Origin: an uncultured Muribaculaceae bacterium
GTDB taxonomy: Bacteria > Bacteroidota > Bacteroidia > Bacteroidales > UBA932
Direction: 5' to 3'
Assembly: GCA_964554535.1 (NCBI GenBank)
Contig: CAZKPB010000006.1
Location: forward strand, 39,768 to 103,767
Length of the DNA: 64,000 bases
Part shown: in pieces, positions 29,115 to 38,100 of the stretch
Numbering within the stretch: position 1 is the stretch's first letter
Layout of the letters: each line of letters begins with the position of its first letter
The notes under the pieces: model-generated
Databases searched by the model: none
Told to the model about the DNA's origin: nothing
What the model saw: the letters and a program-made list of their open reading frames with translations, nothing else
Made by a program: the position numbers and the translations under genes

Positions 29115-31223
29115 TTAGGATATTTTGCTATAATCTATGGCCGAACTGCCCAACAACGCCAGTTGTTTGGGAAGCAGGGCGTTACTTTCCTTTTCCAATA
29201 GCGGGTCATCATCCAGGATGCGCTGTGCCTCTCTCCGCGCCAGTTCCAGTATCTGTCCGTCGTGCGCCAGGTCGGCAATGCGCAGTTCAAAGGCCAGACC
29301 GCTCTGGGCCGTGCCTTCCAGGTCGCCCGGGCCGCGCAGGCGCATATCGGCCTCGGCAATTTCAAAACCGTTGGTGCTCTGGCACATCAGTTCCAGGCGG
29401 GCCTTGGCTTCTTTGCTCAATTTGTTGCCGTGCAGCAACAGGCAGAACGACTTTTCGGCGCCTCGGCCTACTCTGCCACGTAGCTGGTGGAGCTGGGACA
29501 GGCCAAAACGCTCGGCACTCTCAACTACCATTACCGAGGCGTTGGGTACGTCCACACCCACTTCAATGACCTGCGTGGCCACCAGAATATGGGCGATGCC
29601 GCCGGTAAACAAAGCCATTTCCGAGGCTTTGTCCTGCGGGCTCAACTGACCGTGAACCATAGCGGTGCAATAGGTGGGGGCGGGAAAAAGGCGGATGATT
29701 TCCTGATAGCCGGTTTCCAGATTTTCATAATCCATTTTTTCAGACTCGTGAATGAGCGGGTACACAATGTATACCTGGCGTCCGGCCTTGATCTGGCCGC
29801 GCAGGAACATATAGACACTCTCACGGTGTGCCGAGGAATATTTGAGGGTCTTTACGGGCTGGCGTCCCGGGGGAAGCTGGTCAATGACAGAGACATCCAG
29901 GTCTCCGTACAGCGTCATGGCCAAGGTTCGGGGAATGGGGGTGGCGGTCATCACCAGTATGTGCGGAGGGGCCCCTTGTGTCTTACGCCACAATTTGGCG
30001 CGCTGTTCCACACCAAAACGGTGCTGCTCGTCAATGACCACAAAGCCCAGCCTCTGAAACTGCACGGTATCTTCAATCAGAGCGTGCGTACCAAGGAGCA
30101 GGTGCAGACTGCCGTCTTCAAGGGCCCCTGCAAGCGCCTTGCGCTCGGCCGCCTTGGTGGTGCCGGTGAGCAGGCCCACGTGAATGTCAAGCCCTTCCAG
30201 AAAACGGCTGATGGTGGCGTAGTGCTGCTGGGCCAGAATCTCGGTGGGAGCCATAAGGCAGGCCTGGTAGCCGTTGTCCACCGCAATGAGGGCGCATAGC
30301 AGGGCCACCAGGGTTTTGCCGCTGCCCACGTCTCCCTGCAGCAGACGGTTCATCTGGCGTCCGCTGCCCATATCGGAGCGGATTTCCTTAATGACGCGTT
30401 TTTGGGCATCCGTAAGTTCAAAGGGAAGCCGCATATAGCAACTGTTGAATGCGTTCCCCACCCGGGCAAAGCGCAGACCGTCCAGGGCGCGCAACCTGAC
30501 ACAGCGGGCTTTGAGCAATCCCAGTTGTATATAAAACAGTTCTTCAAATTTCAAGCGCATCCGGGCAGCCTGCAAACTTTTGGTGTCTTTGGGGAAGTGC
30601 ACGGCTTCCAGCGCCAGATGCAGGGGCATCAGGCGCATCCGTTTAATCAGATGGGCCGGAAGGGTTTCCGGTATATAGCTTTCCGTTTTAGTCAATACCC
30701 AGGCTATCATCTTAGAAAAGACTTTCTGGGTAAAGCCGCGGTCTTTCAAGGTTTCTGTAGACGGATAGACGGCTTGCAGACCGGCGTTGCCGCGCAGGCT
30801 CTGGTCCACAGGGGGATCAATCTCCGGATGTACCAGGTTAAGGCGACCGTTGAACGAGGTGGGTTTCCCGAAAACAATGTATTCTGTCTGGGTTTTCAAC
30901 TTCTCCTGCATCCAGCGGATACCTTTGAAAAAGACCAATTCCACGCTTCCGGTGGGGTCCTTGAAAATGGCGGTGAGCCGTTGTTTGTGCGGCCCGCTGC
31001 CCACAATTTTGAGGTCGGTGATTACTCCGCGCAACTGTACATAGGGCAGGTCGGCTGTCAGCTCGTTGACGGCATAGAAACGGGTACGGTTAATATAGCG
31101 GAAAGGGTAGTACCGTATCAATTGCCCGTAAGTGGTGATTCCCAGTTCATTTTCCAATTCTTTGGCCCTTTTGGGCCCTATCCCGGGGACAAACTGGATA
31201 GACGTGTCCATCATACTGCTCAT
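29115..31223 (-). CDS. recG: ATP-dependent DNA helicase RecG
   Basis: Start reset to the ATG at 31221-31223 (MSSMMDTSIQFVPGIGPKRAKELE). Contains GDVGSGKT, DEQHRFGV and LHQLRGRVGRG. Confidence 0.93.
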   Translation of the reverse strand: MSSMMDTSIQFVPGIGPKRAKELENELGITTYGQLIRYYPFRYINRTRFYAVNELTADLPYVQLRGVITDLKIVGSGPHKQRLTAIFKDPTGSVELVFFKGIRWMQEKLKTQTEYIVFGKPTSFNGRLNLVHPEIDPPVDQSLRGNAGLQAVYPSTETLKDRGFTQKVFSKMIAWVLTKTESYIPETLPAHLIKRMRLMPLHLALEAVHFPKDTKSLQAARMRLKFEELFYIQLGLLKARCVRLRALDGLRFARVGNAFNSCYMRLPFELTDAQKRVIKEIRSDMGSGRQMNRLLQGDVGSGKTLVALLCALIAVDNGYQACLMAPTEILAQQHYATISRFLEGLDIHVGLLTGTTKAAERKALAGALEDGSLHLLLGTHALIEDTVQFQRLGFVVIDEQHRFGVEQRAKLWRKTQGAPPHILVMTATPIPRTLAMTLYGDLDVSVIDQLPPGRQPVKTLKYSSAHRESVYMFLRGQIKAGRQVYIVYPLIHESEKMDYENLETGYQEIIRLFPAPTYCTAMVHGQLSPQDKASEMALFTGGIAHILVATQVIEVGVDVPNASVMVVESAERFGLSQLHQLRGRVGRGAEKSFCLLLHGNKLSKEAKARLELMCQSTNGFEIAEADMRLRGPGDLEGTAQSGLAFELRIADLAHDGQILELARREAQRILDDDPLLEKESNALLPKQLALLGSSAIDYSKIS

Positions 31224-31227
31224 AAAA

Positions 31228-31235
31228 CAAAGATA
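31228..31235 (-). promoter_or_regulatory. -7 promoter box (tatctttg) 4 nt upstream of the recG ATG
   Basis: The reverse strand reads tatctttg-tttt-ATG. Confidence 0.45.
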
Positions 31236-31343
31236 CGGAATTTTGCCGATTCTTGTGATGCACACAAAAAGCCAGGCAACCCGACTCACAAAAGTGACCC
31301 GAAGTAGTCCCTTGAAATAGAAAGAAAAAATTTGGGAAACCGC

Positions 31344-31760
31344 TTATTTGCGCTTATTCTTCTGGAGTTTCAACTTGTAGGCAACCGTATAACTGTTGTC
31401 CGAAGGATTGTGCACCACATTGGTGTCTTTGTCACTGAACGAATATGTGACAAGCGTATCCCGGTAATAGCCGCTCAGATCCGTAAAGGTGACCATCATA
31501 GCCCGTTGCTTGTTGTCCGTTACCAGCTGATTCGCACATTTGCCGGCGGCATCTGTATATGTCGTGTCCGACTGCACCATTACCGAATAAGAACGGTGCA
31601 TGATGACCCTGATGTTTTCCAGCGGCACATTGGCAATATTGGTGACGGTGCCGTTCAGATTGTAAACGTGTGTGGTGTTAATGGTTTTTACGCAGGCGGC
31701 AAGAATAAGCGTCAGGGCCAACCCCGTAAACCCGAACCGCAATAGCTTTTTATAACACAT
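31344..31760 (-). CDS. Small lipoprotein, function unknown
   Basis: 138 aa. Lipobox LTLILAAC. Overlaps the yicC stop by 11 nt. Lys-rich tail KLKLQKNKRK. Confidence 0.6.
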   Translation of the reverse strand: MCYKKLLRFGFTGLALTLILAACVKTINTTHVYNLNGTVTNIANVPLENIRVIMHRSYSVMVQSDTTYTDAAGKCANQLVTDNKQRAMMVTFTDLSGYYRDTLVTYSFSDKDTNVVHNPSDNSYTVAYKLKLQKNKRK

Positions 31761-32634
31761 TGAGTACTTGTTCTTTAATTTTTTCCAATTCGTCCTTCAT
31801 CTTGACCACGTACTGCTGCATTCCGGCGTGAGTGGCTTTAGAGCCCAGCGTGTTGATTTCCCGACCCATCTCCTGGGCAATGAAATTCAACTTGCGACCG
31901 GGGTACGGCTCGGAGTCAAGCGTCTGGCGGAAATACGTGCAGTGCTGGCGCAAGCGCACCCGTTCTTCCGTGATGTCCGCCTTTTCCAAATAGTATATCA
32001 ATTCTTGTTCCAAACGATTGGGATCAAAAGAAATATCTCCGTTCAATCCATTTAGTCTTTCTACCAATCTACTACGAACCAGCGCAATACGCTCAGGGTC
32101 CATAGCCTCTACCGTAGTCAGATACTGTTCTATCAAATCCACTCGCAACAGCAAATCCCTGCCCAGACGCTCCCCTTCTTTAGAGCGGAACTGGTCCAGA
32201 TGCTCCACAGCCCGGTCAATGCACTCGCTCAATGCTTCCCAGACGGCAGGCTCCATCTCTGCCTTGCGCGTCTCGCGCACCTCGGGCATACGCAACAGCA
32301 CGGCAGCCATCTCGGCCGGAGCCACTTTCAGATGCAGGGCGTCAAAAATGGTTTTTACCTCATTGTAGTAGTGGGTAATCAGTGCTGCGTTGAAGGCCTC
32401 GGGCAAGGCTTCTTGGTCCTGCTCCACGGTGATGAACAAATCAATGTTGCCACGCTGCAAGGCATCGGCCATTTTCTGCCGTAGGGCGGGCTCGTTTTCT
32501 CTGAGAATCTGTGAAGTCTTGAAACTGATGTCAGCCGTCTTTCCGTTCACCGAACGGATTTCGACCGTGTATTTCTTGTTTTCTATTGTGGCTACCGCTT
32601 TACCGTAACCGGTCATTGAACGAATCATTTGCAT
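31750..32634 (-). CDS. yicC: YicC/YloC-family endoribonuclease (stress-induced protein)
   Basis: The conserved N-terminus M(Q)MIRSMTGYGKA begins at the ATG at 32634 (or 32628). The track start at 32670 lies upstream of the -7 box. Confidence 0.88.
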   Translation of the reverse strand: MQMIRSMTGYGKAVATIENKKYTVEIRSVNGKTADISFKTSQILRENEPALRQKMADALQRGNIDLFITVEQDQEALPEAFNAALITHYYNEVKTIFDALHLKVAPAEMAAVLLRMPEVRETRKAEMEPAVWEALSECIDRAVEHLDQFRSKEGERLGRDLLLRVDLIEQYLTTVEAMDPERIALVRSRLVERLNGLNGDISFDPNRLEQELIYYLEKADITEERVRLRQHCTYFRQTLDSEPYPGRKLNFIAQEMGREINTLGSKATHAGMQQYVVKMKDELEKIKEQVLNVL

Positions 32635-32647
32635 TTTAATTAACACC

Positions 32648-32655
32648 CAAAGATA
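32648..32655 (-). promoter_or_regulatory. -7 promoter box (tatctttg) upstream of yicC
   Basis: The + strand reads caaagata, 13 nt upstream of the ATG at 32634. Confidence 0.45.
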
Positions 32656-32817
32656 CACAAAAGTCACCACCCGCAGAAAAACGTGACCAGAAAAGGAACA
32701 CTAAAGTCCAAGACCATGGCAGGCCCAATGCAAGGGTTTGCGACGAAAAAGATATCCCGTCACCATACCTGCCAGCAGCAGGGCTATCAGCTGAATCATC
32801 GGAAGAGGAACCGCCTG

Positions 32818-33339
32818 TTAGAAAGTAAGCGTACGCGCGGGTTCCGAGAAAGAACTGATAGTAGCCGTAGCATCGGTCAAATAGAAAACCGCCGTATTGG
32901 GGTCCTCGGCCTTATACATTGACTGCAAGGACGGGGTGGCTTCCAGCATGGAGCGTTTGGCCTCAATACGCGGGTCGTCCACTAAAGTGGCGGCTACCCT
33001 TATCCACTGGCTTCCGTTGTAGGCACACAACTCCACCTTGGGATTGGCCGCAATCTGCTTGGCCACGTTCTTGGAATGACCGGTCTGGATATACAGCTTG
33101 CTTTCAAAAATATGCGCCGTTCCAAAAGGACGTACGCGGGGCTGGTCGCCTTCTACCGTAGCTATAAAATAGTATTGACAGGCTTTGAGAAATTCATACA
33201 CTTCATTCATATTGGCTTCATTAGAAGTTTTGTAGGCTGCGTGATCCACATTGGCGGCAGCCTTTGTGTTTTTGTCTTGTGGCTGGCTGCAGGCCGTAAC
33301 CAGCAACAGCACAGTGAGCAGAGAAATGAGTTTTTTCAT
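32818..33339 (-). CDS. Pyridoxamine-5'-phosphate-oxidase-like split-barrel protein with an N-terminal lipoprotein signal
   Basis: MKKLISLLTVLLLVTAC lipobox, then a ~30-aa linker. The body EVYEFLKACQYYFIATVEGDQPRVRPFG...NPKVELCAY...AVFYLTDATATISSF matches the small PNPOx-like family as I recall it. Confidence 0.75.
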   Translation of the reverse strand: MKKLISLLTVLLLVTACSQPQDKNTKAAANVDHAAYKTSNEANMNEVYEFLKACQYYFIATVEGDQPRVRPFGTAHIFESKLYIQTGHSKNVAKQIAANPKVELCAYNGSQWIRVAATLVDDPRIEAKRSMLEATPSLQSMYKAEDPNTAVFYLTDATATISSFSEPARTLTF

Positions 33340-33370
33340 GGCTTATGCGTTTAGTTGGGTAAAGATACGT

Positions 33371-33378
33371 TATATTTG
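33371..33378 (+). promoter_or_regulatory. -7 promoter box (tatatttg) upstream of glnS
   Basis: Exact TAnnTTTG, 25 nt upstream of the ATG at 33404. Confidence 0.45.
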
Positions 33379-33403
33379 TGGGTTAAAAAACACTCAACGC
33401 ATT

Positions 33404-35128
33404 ATGATAGAAGAACAGCCGACCGCCACACCGCAAAGAGTCCGGAATTTTTTGGAAGAAATTATTGAGACCGACCTTCAAGAAGGAAAATACACCGCTA
33501 TAACCACACGTTTCCCTCCCGAACCCAACGGTTACCTGCACATTGGCCACGCAAAAAGTATTTGCCTCAATTTTGGTCTGGCCAAACAATACGGCGGCAA
33601 GACCAACCTGCGTTTTGACGATACCAACCCCGTCAAGGAAGACACCGAATACGTGGACTCCATCAAGGAAGACATCCAGTGGCTGGGCTTCCAGTGGGCC
33701 AACGAATTCTACGCATCGGACTATTTTGACCAACTCTATATATGGGCCCACCTGCTTATTCAGAAAGGATTGGCATATGTGGACGACCAGACTCAGGAAG
33801 AAATCCGTATGGGCCGCGGCACCGTCACCACTCCGGGCACCGAAAGTCCCTGGCGCAACCGCTCCATAGAAGAGAACGCGGATCTGTTTACACGCATGAA
33901 AGACGGAGAATTCCCCGACGGTAGCAAGGTACTCCGTGCCAAAATTGACATGGCCCACCCCAACATGCTGTTCCGCGACCCGTTGCTGTACCGCATCATC
34001 CACACCGACCACCACCGCACCGGCAACAAATGGTGCATCTACCCCATGTACGACTTTGCCCACGGCCAGTGCGACTCCATAGAACACATCACCCACTCTA
34101 TCTGCACCCTTGAATTTGACGTGCACCGTCCGCTATACGATTGGTTCATAGAAAATCTGGAAATATTCCCTTCTCACCAGTACGAATTTGCCCGCCTCAA
34201 CATCACCTACACGGTAATGAGCAAGCGCAAATTGCTCGAACTGGTACGTTTGGGTCTGGTAAGCGGCTGGAACGACGCCCGCATGCCCACCATCTGCGGC
34301 CTGCGCCGTCGCGGCTACACCCCCGAGAGTATCCGCCTGTTTGCCGAGAAAGTGGGCGTGGCCAAACGCGACAACATCATTGACCTGTCCCTTATGGAAT
34401 GGTGTCTCAGAGAAGAACTCAACAAGAGCGCCCACCGCTATATGGCCGTGCTGGATCCCGTTAAAGTGGTCATTACCAATTATCCGGAAGGCCAAAGTGA
34501 AGAATGCACCGCTCCCCTTAACCCGGAAGACCCCACGGCCGGCAGTCATATTGTACCCTTTAGCCGTGAAATTTACATAGAACGCGACGACTTTATGGAA
34601 GAACCTCCCAAAAAATTCTTCCGATTGCGGCCCGGCGGTGAAGTCCGACTCAAATATGCCTATATCATCAAATGTGAAGACATTGTCAAAGACGCGCAAG
34701 GCAACATCACCCAGATCAACTGCACCTACGACCCCACCTCCAAACCGGGAGGCGAATGCTGGCGCAGTGTAAAGGGAACCATCCACTGGCTGAGTGTCGC
34801 CCACGCCAAAAAAGCCACCGTTAACCTTTACGACCGCCTGTTTACTGAACCCTACATGGGTTCCATTCCCGAAGGTAATGACTATAAAGAATACCTCAAC
34901 CCGCAATCATTGCGCGTGGTGGAAGCTTATATAGACCCGGCTTTGTGCGCCCTGGCGGAAGGCATTCCCGCCGCCAAGGAAGACGCACGGCGCCAGCGCG
35001 TGCAATTTGAACGGTTGGGCTATTTTGTGGCCGATATCCAAAGCAGTCCGGAGAAACCTGTCTTCAACCGCATCTGCACGCTGAAGGACACGTTTGCCAA
35101 AACCATGACTCCGCAGCAGAACGGGTAA
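33404..35128 (+). CDS. glnS: Glutamine--tRNA ligase
   Basis: Start reset to 33404 (MIEEQPTAT...). Class I motifs PEPNGYLHIGHAKS (HIGH) and VMSKRK (KMSKS). Confidence 0.93.
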   Translation: MIEEQPTATPQRVRNFLEEIIETDLQEGKYTAITTRFPPEPNGYLHIGHAKSICLNFGLAKQYGGKTNLRFDDTNPVKEDTEYVDSIKEDIQWLGFQWANEFYASDYFDQLYIWAHLLIQKGLAYVDDQTQEEIRMGRGTVTTPGTESPWRNRSIEENADLFTRMKDGEFPDGSKVLRAKIDMAHPNMLFRDPLLYRIIHTDHHRTGNKWCIYPMYDFAHGQCDSIEHITHSICTLEFDVHRPLYDWFIENLEIFPSHQYEFARLNITYTVMSKRKLLELVRLGLVSGWNDARMPTICGLRRRGYTPESIRLFAEKVGVAKRDNIIDLSLMEWCLREELNKSAHRYMAVLDPVKVVITNYPEGQSEECTAPLNPEDPTAGSHIVPFSREIYIERDDFMEEPPKKFFRLRPGGEVRLKYAYIIKCEDIVKDAQGNITQINCTYDPTSKPGGECWRSVKGTIHWLSVAHAKKATVNLYDRLFTEPYMGSIPEGNDYKEYLNPQSLRVVEAYIDPALCALAEGIPAAKEDARRQRVQFERLGYFVADIQSSPEKPVFNRICTLKDTFAKTMTPQQNG

Positions 35129-35170
35129 AACCCCGTGCGGCCGCATAACACTTCCGGGTACGCAGCAGGA

Positions 35171-38100
35171 TTACTCCAGCCAGCGGCCCGGAAGCGTTGC
35201 GTTTATACTTCCCTGATACATGGCCTCACAAGTGACGGCCGGCAGATAATACCGTCCCTGATAAGTGGCCGTAAGTTTCACTTCATATGTGACTCTTGCC
35301 CCTGCGGGCAGGTCAAAGTACGTCAATACGCGGTCATCCCGGATGTCCTGATAGGTGATTCCGTGCGGGGCTTCTTCCCTGTCATACAACCGGTCGTTGC
35401 GGATTTCCCAGGACGAAGGGAAACGTTGTACCAGTGCCAGATTCGTCAGATTGGTCTGCGCCTTGGTGTTGCGTACCGTCACACAGGCCCTGAAGTCCCT
35501 GCCTTGCTCCAATGTAGCTGGATCCAGCAAGTTGCCGTCAGCATCCCAATAAATCACGCTCAAATCCAATCCGTTTGAAGTCCCTTGGCGGTTGTCTTTC
35601 TCCATAATTCCGGAAGAGGAAAGCACACAATAGAGCGGCGATTCCCCTTTGTTGACTACGGTTAACGGAACTTGCGCATCGGTACCGGACAACGGCACGG
35701 ACTGCGTGGCAAGGGCCTTTTCTGACAGCACTTTCCCGGTTTTTCCCCCCACGGTATACTCGGCGTGAATCCCTTCGCCCTGTCCTCCGGCCGCCTTGAC
35801 GTAGGTTGCCACCGCTTTCAATGCCCAGGCACAAGACTGGGTGCTCATATAATACGAGCGATCGTTCAGTTTTTGAGCCAGAGAGGTCAGTAGTTCAAAG
35901 GCATCGGTGGTACGTCCCAAGGCCGTAAGCACTTCAATACATACCGCCGTGCTCCGCTCGGCACTGTCAAAACTATCCGAGAACGGATCAAACGTGTTGT
36001 TTTCCTTAATGTTGTCAATCAGGCGTTCTGCCTGCGCCTTTTTGCCGTCGGCCGCATAGGCGCCCGCCAGCAACCACAGGGCCTGCGAGGGGGCCTTGTC
36101 ATAGTCATCGGTAAAGCGGTTCATGGCCCCGCGCTGTGCCTTGCCCCCCAGCGAGAGCACGTACAGAGCATACGCCTGATCCTGAGCCGGGTTGTCCGCA
36201 TTGTTGACAAAACGCAGCAGAAAATTGAGGGCATGCTCTTTCATCTTGCCGGGAATCTGATAGCCGCAGGCTTCTGCCGCCACAAGAAAATGCGTGGCAT
36301 ATAGGGTAGCCCAGCGGTGGTAATACTCCGTTTGCGAAGGCCAGTAAGAGAACGATCCGTTGGAGAGCTGGTATTTAGGCAATAGGGAAAGGGCCGCCGT
36401 GACCTTCTTGTCCGTATCCCGCAAGGCTTCGGTAAACAGATTCAAGTACAACTGCGGGAACACGCCCGACACCACCTGCTCCACACACCCGTGCGGATAT
36501 TGTGTCAGATAGGTCAGCCTGGATTCCAGGTCAATGGAGGGCAAGGTGGAAAATTCCACCTGTGCGGTTTGAGTGCCCGCCTGACCGGCCAGTTCAAAAT
36601 TTCCCTTCCAGGATTGGCCCGGTTCAATCACCATCCGCTGCGTCACGCTGACCCGCGGATTGGGGTTGATCACATCAACCCGGGTGGTCTGTTGAGCCTT
36701 GTCTTTGGCGCAGGAAGCTTGTACCGTCAAATTTCCGATACCCTCTACATCGGCCGCCTTGATACGAAAAAACACGACCTGCTCGCCTTTATGCGAAACG
36801 GTAACGGAGGCATTACGGTCTCCCATTACCGAAAAGGCACCATCGGCCTGCACTTCCACAGTCACCCGGCCCAGGTTTTCTTCGGTAGCCATCACGGTCA
36901 CCGGAAGCAGCACTTCTTCCTGCGTACCGACCGTACGAGGCAAGGTAGCGGCAATCATCAAGGGCTTTGTCACCTGCACTTCCTGTTGCACACTTCCCTG
37001 CGCCCTGCCGTCGGTAGCTATGGCCATCACCCGCACCGCGCCAATGTAGGCCGGCAAATCCACCCGGTGCACCGCTTTTTGGCCCGCTTTCAGGTCAAAG
37101 GGACCCATAAAACTTACTACGGCCTTGAATCGCTCGGCCTTAAGGGCTTGCGCCAGCGGAGAGCCCAAGGCGTTGTCCCCGCCCACGGCAAACAATTGTT
37201 CTATGGCCCCTCCGTAGGCGCCAATGATTTTGTCATAGCTGTCCCAGGTGCTGATTCCCAGGGCTTCCTTACTGTTAAAGAAACCCCACGGATCCGGAGT
37301 ACGGTATCCGGTCAGATTCAACAACCCTTCATCCACCACTGCCAATACGTAACTCATTGCTTTTCCGGCTTCTTCACTGACCGTAATTTTCATTGTGGAT
37401 TCGGGACGAATTTCAGATGCCGTTTCCACCAGCGGTTTCAGGAGCGAAGCAGGGTCGGAAACCATAACGGGCTGTACGCCAAACATACGTATGGGTGCAT
37501 CGTTCAAGGTATTGGCGTGAGGCTGAATCAGCGTCACAAAAGCATAGGTATTGGGAACCATTTCCGAAGTCACTTCAATGGGAATCCGTGTCTGGCCGGC
37601 CTCGCAATCCACATAAAAGGACCTGAGAACTTTGTTGCCTTTTTCCAATGACACCAACGCCCGGGCTCCCGGTGAAGAAGGAATGGTCAACACTGCGGTC
37701 TGACCCGCCACATAAGATTCTTTGTCCAGGGTCGAGAACAGGCGAGTGGCCCCTTCCCCCACTCCGGACGCCGCACTGCCGTCGGGGCTGTATACCTGAT
37801 ACATTTTGGCCGCGGCATGCAAGCCCACCGGGTCGGTCACCCTTACATAATAAACACCTTCCTCTTTGTTCTTCCAATTGTAGGAAAATGTGGCCTTGCC
37901 GTTGCGATCGGCATTAACCGTGAAGGTTTCCACAGGCTGCACCTGCTGGTCATAAAAATAATTAGCCAGTCCGTCCGCAGTGGCATTCCACCACCAGTTC
38001 CAGGACAATTTGTACACAGTCACCTCCACTTGTTTCACCTCGCCGGAAGTCCCGTCGGCGTTGAGAGCCACTACTTCAAAGGCATGCGGGGTATTCACGT

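Noticed and set aside
35136-35145. The tgcggccgca palindrome between the convergent glnS and A2M genes, considered as a bidirectional terminator.
   Set aside because: As a contiguous palindrome it leaves no loop, only 3-4 bp could pair, and no T-tract follows on either strand.
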